Source: Octopus vulgaris (Eukaryota). From it: a stretch of 64,000 bases of DNA. Position numbers and translations under genes: made by a program. Below the pieces are notes generated by a model that searched no databases, was not told the origin of the DNA, and saw only the letters and a program-made list of their open reading frames with translations. The DNA lies in NCBI GenBank assembly GCA_951406725.2, contig OX597842.1, positions 682,001 through 746,000 of the forward strand. Direction: 5' to 3'. Shown here piece by piece: positions 1 through 12,339 of the stretch (its first letter is position 1; the number at the start of each line of letters is the position of its first letter).

Positions 1-42
<42 letters not shown>

Positions 43-189
43 GAATATATATATATATACACACACATGCATACACACACACACACTCTGTTCCTTAACT
101 CTTGTATATATATATGTACACGCACACAAACACACAAAGATAAGTAGACAAACACATACATACACACATCTACCCACGCATATGCGCTA

Positions 190-1074
190 TTAAAGCAACG
201 AGCCATGATAAACGATGGCAAGAAAAACCCCTTCATGGTAAATACTGCACTAAACTAAACGCAAAAGAAATAGACAAAGAAAAATCCCAGCAATGGTTGA
301 GAAGCTCAGGACTCAAAGCAGAAGCAGAGGGATTTTTAATTGCAGCACAAGACCAAAGCCTCCCCACCAGAAATTACCAAAGACATGTAATGAAAAGAAA
401 TATTACAAGTAACTGCAGAATATGTGGAGATGGACAAGAAACAATAAATCATATTATCTCTAGCTGCCCAGTCTTGGCTAAGAAGGAATATATTCACAGA
501 CATGACAGAGTTGGAACCTACATACATTGGAAGCTATGCCAACATTATGGAATAACAACAGAAAAAAGATGGTATAGGCACACACCAGAAAAGGTCACAG
601 AAAACGAGAAAGCAACCATACTCTGGGATATGCCGATACACACAGATAGAGAAATTAAGGCCAACAGACCAGATATAGTTGTCAGAGATCATGAAGAAAA
701 AAATGCTTTCTAATTGATGTATCAATACCAGCAGATGACAACGTGTCTCTAAAAGAAATGGAGAAACTCTCAAAATACAAAGACCTGGAAATAGAGGTAA
801 CTAGAATGTGGAATCTGAAAACAGAAACAATTCCTACCATAGTAGGTGCATTAGGCATGATAAAAAAATATTCAGATAAATACATAACAAAAACACCAGG
901 ACTTACAAACACATATAACATACAGAAAATTGCACTACTAGGCACTGCACACATCCTACGCAGAACACTTTCCATACAATAACCATCAGAGCATCACAAC
1001 AAATCACAGCACATACCCAAGGCACACAGAGCTGCGCTCGGTAGTGAAGTGAAAGCACGCTATAAAAATAACTA

Positions 1075-1078
<4 letters not shown>
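190..1078 (+). mobile_element. 5'-truncated R4/Dong-like non-LTR retrotransposon (CCHC knuckle + RLE endonuclease + 3'UTR), frameshifted in an A-run near 700
   Basis: WQEKPLHG, CRICGDGQETINHIISSC, RHD and RPDIVV continue after a frame change into CFLIDVSIP..KLSKY. Stop at 982; the element ends in (AAT)n. Confidence 0.9.
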
Positions 1079-1105
<27 letters not shown>

Positions 1106-1107
1106 TA

Positions 1108-1145
<38 letters not shown>

Positions 1146-1183
1146 TGGTGATGGTGGTGAAGATGATAGTAATAACAATAATA

Positions 1184-4100
1184 ACTGACAGATCCCGTCT
1201 TTTTCCCTTTCTTTTCGTTTCCTTCTCCGTATTTTATTCTCATTATTTCGAACTAATACAGACACAGTAAGCCTTGAAGAAAGGAAGAGGAGGAAAAAAA
1301 AAAAAAAAAAAAAAAATGTCCGTAGATAAAACTATCAACAAAAAAAATACAGACGAATATAGATCTGCTAGTCTTAAGAAGCGGCGCTATGAGCAATGCT
1401 TACATGTAGTGAACCCTAAACTGACAGATCCATCTCCTAATATAAGAATGGATGCTCGTCATGCTTCAAGGTCAACAAATCAAACAATAAACCGCATTGG
1501 TCATTGCGCGGATTACAAAAGACCACGTACCCGAAAATTGAACCAAATCCTGATTGAAAAATCAGTTACTGGATCAAATCTTCCCAACACACAAGAGCTG
1601 GACGAACCCCACAACCGGAATATTCCAACAGATGGCCATCCATGCTCATCACCAAATAATCAAAAGAAAAAGAAGGAAAAATGGTCTAGGGAAGATAATA
1701 AAGAAGTTCTTGAGGCCTTCTACCATGCCATATATTTCCCCACAGATAAGTCTAGCACTGTACAAGCATACTTAAACTGGAGACAGAAACACCCTGAAGT
1801 AAGACCCTACATAGACAGTAACAAGCTTGCCAATGTTAGAAGAAACATTATAAAAAAGAAATTACTGACTGAAGTAGAGATTGATCAGGTTAGACAAGCA
1901 ATATCGGATAAAATGAACGAAGCTGCAGCTAGAGAAGATAATACAGAGGAAATGATTATAGACCAGCCCAGGGCGGATAAAAACGAAGAGAGGATCGAAA
2001 GAGTTAGTATAAGTGATAGGCAAAGTGAAATACGCCCTGAACCAATCATAAACACTAAGACAGATGAGCATCAAATAGATAAAGAAAGTCATACAAATAT
2101 TGACCCAACAGAACTACATGAGCTAAAAAATCAAATCATGATTGAATGGCTGAAAATTAAAGAAACCAGCATGGATGAGCGTGATACACTTCCTAAAATC
2201 CGCAACTCTAACCAAAACATGAAAATAATTGGTAAAATCCGGCTTGCACTTAAGGATATAATTTCAGTTAATGATGTTGATATCACAAACCTCAACCACC
2301 TATACTATGCATCCGCGAAAATCTCAACGATCCTATGTGGTGTAAAGATTAGAAAACGGCAACAGTCCCACAAAAAGCCTTCTTGGCAAGAGCGTCTGCA
2401 ACAACAGATTAAAATATTTAGATCTGACATTGAATATTTGAAAAACCTTAAGGCTCACAAGATTACCAAACCTACAAAAACCCAAAAATTACTGAAAAAA
2501 TACAATATGAAAACTATACTTGATATTGATGCCACCATAGAAACCATCAAACAAAAGGTATCTGCCAAAGCTGCCCGCATAGCGAGGTATGAAAAGCGTG
2601 TTAGATTTTTCAAGGACAACAACATGTTCAAAAATAACACCAAGAATTTTTACAGGAAGATAGGAAAAACAGCGTTTACTGCAGGGTCTGTACCATCAAA
2701 AGAAGAAGTGCAGAGATTTTGGAATAAAATCTGGGCAGAAGAAAAAACACACAACGAAAAGGCCCCTGGATTGACAGAATATCTACAGAACTGGACCCCT
2801 TAGAAGAGCAAAAGTGGGAGGGTGTCAAGGTAGAAGATATAAGATCTGCTCTCAGGAGGTCAAGCAAATGGAAGTCTCCAGGAAAGGATAAAATTCCTAA
2901 CTTCTGGCTGAATGCCTTCCCAGAGAGCCATGAACTGCTAACAGAACTGTACAATGATGTTTTGCAACACCCTAGTAGGATGCCTCCTTGGCTAGTTAAT
3001 GGGTTAACATTCCTGCTTCCAAAAAGTGAAGAAACAAATGAACCAAAAAACTATAGACCCATAACCTGCTTAACAACTATGTACAAAACACTAACATCTG
3101 TCCTGACGGAATATACCTATAGTTTTTTAACAGACAGCAGCATATTCCCTAATGAACAGAAAGGATGTAAACGTGGATCCTACGGCTGTAAAGACCAACT
3201 ACTCATCAATAAGATGATCTTAGAAGATTGTCACAAACGACACAAAAACTTATCAATAGCCTGGATAGACTATAAAAAGGCTTTTGATAGCCTACCACAT
3301 AGCTGGATTAGGAAATGCCTTGAAATGTATAAGATAGCACCAACTCTGCGAAACTTCTTGACTGTAAGTATGAGATCATGGAGAACCACACTAACTCTGA
3401 ACAGTGACAGTGAATCCCTAAATGCTGGTGATGTAAAAATTTCGTGTGGCATTTTCCAGGGTGACTCACTGTCACCACTCCTCTTTTGTTTATCCTTAAT
3501 ACCTCTCTCAAAGCTGCTCAATGACGCGCAGTACGGGTATAAAATGTTTGATAAAAATATAAATCATCTCGTTTACATGGATGATTTAAAGCTTTTTGCA
3601 AAAAATGATCAACAACTCAAGGGCTTACTAGCGATAGTCAAACAATTCAGTGACGACATCAGAATGCAATTCGGCCTCGATAAATGTGCAAAGGCTACCT
3701 TTATCAAAGGAAAAATGACAGAAACATCTAACGTTAACCTTGACCAACAGAATGTCATAAAAGAACTAGACCCAGCGGAGAGCTACAAGTACCTAGGGAT
3801 AATTGAAGGGAACGGAATAAGGCATTCAGAGATGAAGGAAAGGATCAGGAGAGAATGCTATCGAAGAGTGAGAGCAATACTCAAGACAGAGCTGAATGCA
3901 AGAAACAGGATCGAAGCAATCAATGCATTAGCTATACCAGTCGTGACTTACAGTTTCAATATTGTTAACTGGTCAATTACTGAAATATGTCAGCTCGACA
4001 GAAAAATAAGGAAACTGTTGACAATGCATAGAATGCACCACCCTAAGGCAGATACAGAACGACTCTATCTGCCAAGAAAAGAGGGAGGCCGTGGTCTTTT

Positions 4101-5357
4101 GCAACTGGCAATAACAATGAAGATTGCTACAATTGGCCTAGACACCTACCTGAAAAACTCTGAGGACTGGATGCTAAAACTTGTCTCAAAACATGAAAAC
4201 AAGAAAGCATCATACTCAGTCACAAAACAGGCAAAGGAATATCTAAGTGAATTCCGAATACAACCAATTTCGGAATTAGAGATAGATATACAAGAAACAA
4301 GCACAGAAAAAGCTAGGCGCATGAAAACCCGTGCCAAAACTGCGGCCTTAGATATTCTGAATAATAAATGGCAAGAAAAACCTCTCTATGGCAAATACCC
4401 AAAGAGAGCGAATAATGCAGATATCGACAAAGCCCTGACCCATCAATGGCTAATGGCCTCTGGCTTAAAATCTGAAACAGAGGGGTTTATCATAGCAGCT
4501 CAAGATCAATGCCTACCAACAAGAAACTACCAGGCCAACATATTAAAGATCAGAAGCAGTCCAACGTGTCGTGTATGCAAGCAACAAAATGAAACCATTG
4601 ACCATGTGGTCTCCAAGTGCAGTCTTCTAGCGCCTACAGAGTATCTCAACAGGCACGATAGAGCTGCACAATATATTCACTGGGTAATCTGTAAAAACCT
4701 GGATTTGCCCCATGAAAAAAACTGGTGGGAACACAAACCACCCCCAGTGCTTGAAAATGACCACATCTCACTCCTCTGGAACTTCACCATTCAAACTGAC
4801 AGGAAGATAGATGCAAATAGGCCAGACATCATATTGAAAAACTTCAAACAAAGAACATGCCTCCTCATTGATATGACTGTCCCAATCGATATAAACGTAT
4901 CTGTCAAGACCTACCAAAAACTGAGCAAATATAAAGATCTTGAAATAGAAATCAGCAAAATGTGGAAGCTGAAGACTAAAACAATACCTGTTGTCATAGG
5001 TGCCCTGGGAATGATAGCAAAAGGGGCTGATAGCTACCTAACTCAGATACCAGGAAACCCAAAAATGGCAGAAGTTCAAAAGATAGTGCTCATGGGAACT
5101 GCTCATATCCTACGCAAAATACTCTCTATGTAATCTCAAGGTTTAAAACAAACATAATTTTCGGTTTAAAAAAAAAAAAAAAAAAAAAAACCTTTTTTTT
5201 TTTTTTTAGACATTCATTAGTACAACATCCCCACCCCCCAAATATATGGCACACTAGGCATAACAACAACATGAACTTCCAACCCTGTTGTCTCTTGAGG
5301 TCTCTGGGTGAGACTTGGAGCCAACTTGTACAAATATAAAGCAAAAGTCAAACATAG
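1184..5357 (+). mobile_element. Near-full-length R4/Dong-clade non-LTR retrotransposon flanked by (AAT)n
   Basis: Short 5'UTR, long RT-RLE reading frame and a ~220 bp 3'UTR. (AAT)n tracts lie on both sides, matching the known (TAA)n preference of Dong. Confidence 0.93.
1316..5133 (+). CDS. RT-RLE polyprotein (~1270 aa if the single frameshift at ~2766 is repaired)
   Basis: Myb-like N-terminus KWSREDNKEVLEAFY; RT motifs DYKKAFDS, GIFQGDSLSPLLF, YMDDLK; CCHC CRVCKQQNETIDHVVSKC; RLE RHD..RPDII..LIDMTVP..KLSKY. The second frame is open from TGG at 2767. Confidence 0.88.
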
Positions 5358-5408
5358 AATAATAATAATAATAATAATAATAATGATGATGATGATGATG
5401 ATGATGAT

Positions 5409-5963
5409 AAATGCCCTGATGCAGTACCAGGCAGTGGCTCTCATGGCTTCTGATCTTAACTGATTGGAAGTGTTATCATGTACATTGTTTTGTCTTGGTA
5501 TAAAATATGGGCTACAGCAAATATTCTGCTCAATACCACAGATTTACTTGTCAGTTGTTTGACCTTAACCAGTTGAGCATGTCCCTTAGTGGCTGATGAT
5601 ATGTGCATCTCTGATCACGAGCAGAAGTATTGGGGGAGCATCATAGCCATGTATTGAGAGGGATTCTTTGGGGTTTGAATGATTCACCTCTGGAAACATG
5701 GGTATTTGGTTCAACATCCTTAAACAACCCTTATTCATGGACCTTTTGAGCGGGATGGGTTACTCGACCAGAAGGACATTCTAATTGGGGCCCCACCTGC
5801 AAGGTCATGTGCTGTTTATCTTGATATGAGATCACCATGTCATGCACATATGGTTGTGATGCATGTGCCTGGTGTACCCTTATCAGACGGGTAGTCATGA
5901 TGGGTATACTGGGCTTCGTATATTTTACCCCAGTGTTATTTTGATGGTATGCACTGCTCTCTC

Positions 5964-5964
<1 letters not shown>
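5409..5964 (+). mobile_element. ~555 bp non-coding retroposon ending in (AAT)n (copy 1)
   Basis: Homologous copies at 23936-24373 and 38349-38911; all end in ctctctca(ctca)-(ata)n. Confidence 0.85.
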
Positions 5965-6004
<40 letters not shown>

Positions 6005-6020
6005 TGATAATAATAATAAT

Positions 6021-6645
6021 TTCAAATTGTTGCCACAAGGGCAGCTTAGGGGAGGTGGAGATGAGTCGATTACATCAACCCCAGTGTTTAACTGGTACTT
6101 ATTTTATTGAGCCTGAAATGATGAAAGGTAAAGTCAACCTTGGCAGAATTCGAACCCAGAACACAAAGACAGACAAAATGCTACTAAGCATTTTGTCCAG
6201 TGTGCCAACGATTCTAGCATCTCACTGCCTGAATGATATTAATGATGATAATAATAATGATGATGATGATGGTGGTCGTGGTGGTGGTGGTGATAATGGT
6301 TGTGGTGGTAATGGTGGTGATAATGGTGGTGGTGGTGGTGGTAATGGTGGTAGTGATAATGATGGTGGTGGTGGTGGTGGTAATGGTGGTGGTTGTGGTT
6401 GTGGTGGTAATGGTGGTGGTGATTTCAAATATTGGTACAAGGCCAGCAATTTCAGGGTAGAAGATAAGTTGATTACATCGACCCCCCCTCCCCCCAGTAC
6501 TTGACTGGTACTTAATTTATCAACCCTGAAAGGATGAAAGGCAAAGTCGCCCCCCCCCCCGTCAAATTTGAACTTGGAACATAAAGATGGATAAAATGTT
6601 GCTAAGCATCTTTCTCAGCAGGCTGACGATTGTGCCAGCTCATAG
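6021..6645 (-). mobile_element. Two MetaSINE-like tRNA SINE copies separated by a (GGT/GAT)n tract
   Basis: Reverse complement of the GACTTTGCCTTTCATCCTTTCnGGGTTGATAAATTAAGTACCAG core; same family as 15605-15800. Confidence 0.7.
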
Positions 6646-6755
6646 CCCTCATATGCCTAATTAATAAGAAGTAGAAATAATAGCAAAACCTAGCTAGAAA
6701 TAGCAGCCAAATCTACATCAAATCACATCCTACTGGTTTACAAAATGAAATGATA

Positions 6756-7801
6756 CAAGGGGTAAGCAAAAGTAAGCAGAAATGCTCTCTGTGGGACAAG
6801 CCCATTGTAGTTCAGGCTTCAGCTAATAGAAGTCACTTGATGTGACCCTCAGGCATCAGTCTGCAAACTGGTGTTGTCTGGTTGGGTCATACTGCCACAT
6901 GGTGTGTCTTTGTTTTGCAGTGCTTCTCCCCTGTTCAATGATTTTTTTTTGATGACTGAAACAAAGGCTTAGTGGTTAGTGCAGCGGACTCGCGGTTGAG
7001 GGATCGCGGGTTTGAATCTCAGACCGGGCGATGGACCGGAGTCCCATCCATGAGGGGAATCTATACACCAAGGAAACCGGGAAACCGGCCCTTATGAGCC
7101 AGGCATGGCTCAAGAAGGAACAAAGAAACAAAGGAATAGCAGGCTTTCATGAAATTCTGTTTTCTGCTGGGGAAAATGACAGCTGAAACAGTTGTCATGT
7201 TTCAAACCATTCACAAGGATGCTGCCATGAGCAAAACACAAGTTTATGAGTGATTTTCACACTTTAGGAATTGTCACTTGTTGCTTGAAGTTCAACCTCA
7301 TCTGGGATGACTGTCGACCCCGTGAATGAATGAAAATATCATGAAAATTCATGAACTGACCTTGGAGGACCATCGACAAACAATTAAAGAACTTGGTGAT
7401 ATGACTGGTGAGTCCTGGAGCTCCTGCCAAAGAATTCTGAGTGAAGAATTGCGAATGAAAAGAACTGCAGTAAAATTTGCTCAGGGAAGATCAAAAAATG
7501 TCATGAACTGAAAGGACAGTTGGAAATTGATCTGGACCTTTCTTCAAAGGTCATTACTGGTGACAAAAGCTGGTGCTATGGAATTTGCAGATGTGGAAGA
7601 GATGAAGAAAAGAATGACAGAGATGTTGAAAGGCATCACTTCACAAGAGTTCCAGGACTGCTTCGGACAGTGGAAAACATGTCTGGACGGATGCATTGCT
7701 TCAAATGGAGAATAATTTGAAGATGATAAAAGTGTAAACATGTAAAACTAAGCGAATAAAATAATAATGCAAAATTCTGGGTTTTTTTGGATACCACCTT
7801 G
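6756..7801 (+). mobile_element. Decayed, internally deleted mariner element
   Basis: Transposase remnants MKFCFLLGK..AETVVM, SWSSCQRILSEELRMKR, VITGDKSWCYG, CIASNGE. Imperfect TIRs TA-CAAGG(T)GGTA..CAAAA at both ends. Confidence 0.8.
6968..7124 (+). mobile_element. Short tRNA SINE inserted in the mariner ORF
   Basis: A/B-box-like head; 10 bp TSD GAAACAAAGG at 6958-6967 and 7125-7134. Confidence 0.8.
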
Positions 7802-8079
7802 TAGATAGGATATACTGGTTCTTGGATACACCACATCTTATTTCTTTATTGCCCACAAGGGGCTAAACATAGAAGGGACAAACAAGGACAGACAAACAGA
7901 TTAAGTTGATTACATCGACCCCACTGCGTAACTGGTACTTAATTTATCAACCCCGAAAGGATAAAAGGCAAAGTCGACCTTGGCGGATTTTGAACTCTTA
8001 CCACACAGCCACTCCTACGCCTATTGTTGAAAGGTCTGTTGGATAAGCACTGACTTGGGGCTAAACAACAACATTAATC

Positions 8080-8585
8080 TTTCTATCTATCTATCTCCCT
8101 GTCGGTCACTTTATCTTTAATATATCTGTCTTTCTATCCATCACTTTGTCTATCTATCTCTCTATCTGTCTGTCGCTCTCCTTCTCACTCTGTCTTTCTC
8201 TCTCCCTCTCACTTTCTCTCTGTCTGTCTGTCTCTATATCTTTGATATATCTCTCTCTTTATCTATCTATCTATCTATCTTTCTATCTCCGTCTATCTAC
8301 CTGCCTGTCTATCTGTCTGTCTCTATCTTTGACATATCTATCTTTCTATCCATTCATTTGTTTATCTATCTACCTATCCATCCATCCATCTGTCTGTATA
8401 CCTGTCCATCAAATCTCTCTCTCTCTCATTTTACTCTCTTCTCACCACCTGTCTCTCTCTCTATGCCCTCATCCTTTTCTCTGTCATCTATGTCAACCTG
8501 TCTATCCCACCTTCCATCTTTCTATCTACCTGTTCATTCATCCATTCACCGCTCTATCTAACCATCCACCAGCATCTCTCCTTTC
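8080..8585. repeat. Degenerate (TCTA)n/(TC)n pyrimidine-rich tract
   Basis: Direct reading of the sequence. Confidence 0.9.
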
Positions 8586-8974
8586 GTTTTACAGGTTCAG
8601 TACAGATGAAGAGACTGAGCCGATAACCTCCATAAATTCATCCAGGCTATTTAGATGAACACAATTAATGTTCCTCTTGAACAGGTGAAATATGGAGACT
8701 GCAGGAAAAACATGATCCAGGTGAATGCTTTGTGGAAACTACAAATTTAGTTCCATGTCACCAATTCTTTCCTGAAGGGAAACCATTTAGCATTTAGACC
8801 ATTTGTATCTAGTCAAAATTTTCAAGCTTTCTTATGTTTAAACGAGCTAGATCCAGCTTCTTACACCTAGCCTACATGTCATTCTTGAAATAAATGATCA
8901 CCTTATCAAACTCTCAAAGCTACAAGATAATGCTTGATTAATTATAAATAAGTTGAATAATTAAACATTCTTAC

Positions 8975-9368
8975 AGGCATAGGGGTGGCTGTGTGGTAAG
9001 TAGCTTGCTTACCAACCACATGGTTCTGGGTTCAGTCCCACTGTGTGGCATCTTGGGCAAATGTTTTCTGCTATAGCCCCGGGCAGACCAAAGCCTTGTG
9101 AGTGGATTTGGTCGACGGAAACTGAAAGAAGCCTGTCATACATATATATATGTGTGTGTGTTTGTTGTCTGTATTTGTCCCCCCACCATCGCTTGACAAC
9201 CGATGCTGGTGTGTTTATGTCCCAGTCACTTAGTGGTTCAGCAAGAGACCGATAGAATAAGTACTAGGCTTACAAAGAATATGTCGTGGGGTTGATTTGT
9301 TTGACTAAAGGTGGTGCTCCAGCATGGCCACAGTCAAATGACTGAAACAAATAAATGAATGAAAGAAA
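8975..9368 (+). mobile_element. Dominant tRNA-derived SINE (SINE-A), full copy
   Basis: Head GTGGCTGTGTGGTAAG..GGTTCAGTCCC, internal TA/TG microsatellite, tail CCAGCATGGCC-CAGTCAAATGACTG-AAACAA. Confidence 0.9.
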
Positions 9369-9672
9369 AGTCATGTCATCGAAATTTTGAGGCTGCGAGA
9401 TAATCCATGATTAATTCAAATCAATGTGAATAAATAAGCATTAAATTTGATAGCCTAATCTGTCTGCTAAGAGATTAAACCAGTCATATCTGGCTAAAAT
9501 ATTTTGTTTTATGCTTAACTCTTTCTGGCTGAAACTGCCTCTGGCTCTGAGTACAAATGTCTTGTTTTCATAAGTTTTGAATTAAAATCTTCCACCAAAC
9601 CTTAGTCACAATTTATGTTCCTAACACTAGCTTAATGATAAGTTATTTTACTAAATCCTTTATTATATTTAA

Positions 9673-10170
9673 CCCTTTTGATACCAACCTGGCTGAAACT
9701 GCCTCTGGCTCTGAGTACAAATGTCTTGTTTTCATAAGTTTTGAATTAAAATCTTCCACCAAACCTTAGTCACAATTTATGTTCTTAACACTAACTGAAT
9801 TTAGTCTTATGCACCCTTTTCAAGCCTAGCCAGGCTCATGGGCCCGGTTTCCCGGTTTCTGTGGCGTGTGTGTTCCCCTCCAGCTGGACGGGAAGCCAGT
9901 CCATCGCAACATTACCCAAGAAACAAAAAGAAAGAGTGAGAGAAAGTTGGAGCAAAAGAGTACAACAGGGGTTGCCACCACCCCCTTTCAGAGCCTCGTG
10001 GAGCTTTTAGGTGTTTTTGCTCAATAAACACACAACACCCAGTCTGGGAATTGAAACCGCGATCCTCCGACTTGAATGATAACTAAGTTAATTTACTAAA
10101 TTCTTTGTTAGATTTTAAATTAATTAAAAGAAACACAGAGCATCACAAAATAAATACGGTAACAAAAAGG
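9673..10170 (+). mobile_element. piggyBac-like MITE with a nested SINE (~9800-10070, minus strand)
   Basis: TTAA at 9669-9672 and 10171-10174; TIR CCCTTTTGATACC / GGTAACAAAAAGG. Partial copies at 9519-9668 and 56565-57524. Confidence 0.75.
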
Positions 10171-11310
10171 TTAAACTGGCCAGACTTGGCCCCTCACACC
10201 TATCCTGCAATGTCATTCTAAAAGTAAACAATAACATCATCATAATCTCAAAGCTGTGAGATAATCCATGATTAATTCAAATCAATGTGAATAAATAAGG
10301 ATTAATTTTGACAAAGCAATTTGTATTCCACCTGTTTTATGTTTAAATTTGCTGGGTCTGATCTCTCACACCTACCCTACAATGTCATTCTAAAAAGGAA
10401 TTTCAACCATGTTTTGTGGTCTGCTACCACAACAGCTCCTTTATAGGATCCTGTTAGCTCAAGACATCATCAGGAGGAAGCATGTTTGGTTTCGGCCCCT
10501 ATTGCTCTACCATTTTGACGTGGCTGGGTCCCTCCCTTTTGGAGGTGTCTTCAGCTCTGGTGTTGGGTGCATGCCTTCTTTCTCCTTTATTCTGTTCCCT
10601 GGCCTCTTCTATGTAGCGTCAATGAGTGTCAGTGGGCAACTGACTGTCTTGTCAAATTTCCCTTTAAATACCTGCTGCTAGACTCCAGCAGGCAGCCCTA
10701 GCAAGTTGTCACATGACACTGTCTCAACTTTAACTGACCAATGAAGGCACGTAGTCTAAATGAGACCGCCACCTGTCAATCAGTGAAGCTAATTCAGTGT
10801 CAGCTTGTCTCACCTAATGATGTTATTTTCCACTGGCATGTTATGACTTTCAAGCTATCTTTGGTTTCCCACTTCAGCCATATATAGAAGCTGGCTTTTT
10901 TGACCGCCTCCTGTAGTTTCCTAATCCTAATCCCTAAGCTATGAGATAATCCATGATTAATTCAAAACAATGTGAATAAATAAGGATTAATTTCGACAAA
11001 GGAATTTGTATTCCACCTGTTTTATGTTCAAACTGGCTAGGTCTCTCACACCTACCCTACAATGTCTTTCTAAAAATAAATAATAAAATCCTCATAATCC
11101 CTAAGCTATGAGATAATCCATGATTAATTCAAAACAATGTGAATAAACAAGGATTTCATTTGACAGAATAATCTGGATGCTAATGAGTTAAACTGACCAT
11201 ATATGGCCTAATTATTTAATCTGTTTTATATTCAAACTGACCAGATCTGGTCTCTCGCACTTATCCCACAATGTCATTCTAAAAATAATCACATCATTGA
11301 AATCTTGAAG

Positions 11311-11352
<42 letters not shown>

Positions 11353-11354
<2 letters not shown>

Positions 11355-11760
11355 GCGCAGGAGTGGCTGTGTGGTAAGTAGCTTGCTAACCAACCACATG
11401 GTTCCGGGTTCAATCCCACTGCGTGGCATCTTGAGCAAGTGTCTTCTGCTATAGCCCCGGGCCAACCAATGCCTTGTGAGTGGATTTGGTAGACGGAAAC
11501 TGAAAGAAGCCTGTCGTATATATGTATATGAATATATACGTGTGTGTGTGTTTGTGTGTCTGTGTATGTCCCCCTAGCATTGCTTGACAACCGATGCTGG
11601 TGTGTTTACTTCCCTGTCACTTAGCGGTTCGGCAAAACAGACCGATAGAATAAGTACTGGGCCTACAAAGAATAAGTCCCGGGGTCGATTTGCTCGATTA
11701 AAGGCGGTGCTCCAGCATGGCCGCAGTCAAATGACTGAAACAAGTTAAAGAGTTAAAGAG
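11353..11760 (+). mobile_element. SINE-A full copy
   Basis: Same head, microsatellite and tail, ending in (GTTAAAGA)2. Confidence 0.92.
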
Positions 11761-12339
11761 TATATATATATATATAGATATATCTATGTGTGTGTGTGTG
11801 TGTGTGTTTGTCCACTACCATTGCTTAACAACCATTGTTAGTTTGTTTATTTCCCTATAACATGATGGATCAGCAAAAAAGCGACCAACAGAATAGATAT
11901 CAGGCTTTAAAAAAATAAGTAGTGACATTGATTTATCGGACTAGGAATTCTTCAAGGTGATGCCCCAGCATGACCGCAGCCAAGCAAAAGACAGAAAAAA
12001 AACATCATTTTTCAAAGATCAAACAGAAAACTAACACACAATACCAACAAAGCATTATAGAAATACAAGAGAAAAGAAATGTCTTTGTTAAAGAAAGCTT
12101 CGTTTGCCACTTAAATTTGATCTTTTGATCACATGGATTGTGAAGAGTTAATCTATATTTAATGCCTGTTATTCAGTCTTGTTGTTGTTCCTATTGTTAT
12201 TGCAGAGCCAGGGAAGGTCAAAGAGAAAGAGGGAGAACTTTACAAAAGAACCACTTGTGCGGAACATTTGCTCTGGGAGAAAATGTCAGTTTGGTTGGTC
12301 TAATGTGGCTTGTTTTGGTTTGATGTTGTTGTCCTTCTT

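Larger units (their letters stand above)
8781..11310 (+). repeat. Interrupted tandem array of a ~167-230 bp MITE-like unit
   Basis: GAGATAATCCATGATTAATTCAAA recurs at ~9398, 10258, 10943 and 11110. CACACCTACCCTACAATGTCATTCTAAAA also recurs. The array is interrupted by SINEs and a MITE. Confidence 0.75.

Noticed and set aside
1184-1315. HDV-like ribozyme in the Dong 5'UTR
   Set aside because: The region is AT-rich and I could not see the nested pseudoknot.
2755-2803. Programmed -1 frameshift in Dong
   Set aside because: R4/Dong elements have a single ORF and there is no canonical slippery heptamer; an indel is the simpler explanation.
5590-5705. CTGATGA..GAAAC in the 555 bp element as a hammerhead
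   Set aside because: No stem I or stem II closure; the T/C variation between copies is explained by CpG decay.
11294-11590. Recurrent peptide YDRLLSVSVYQIHSQG..CHAVGLNPEPCGW in many ORFs
   Set aside because: It is the antisense translation of the SINE-A head, not a gene family.
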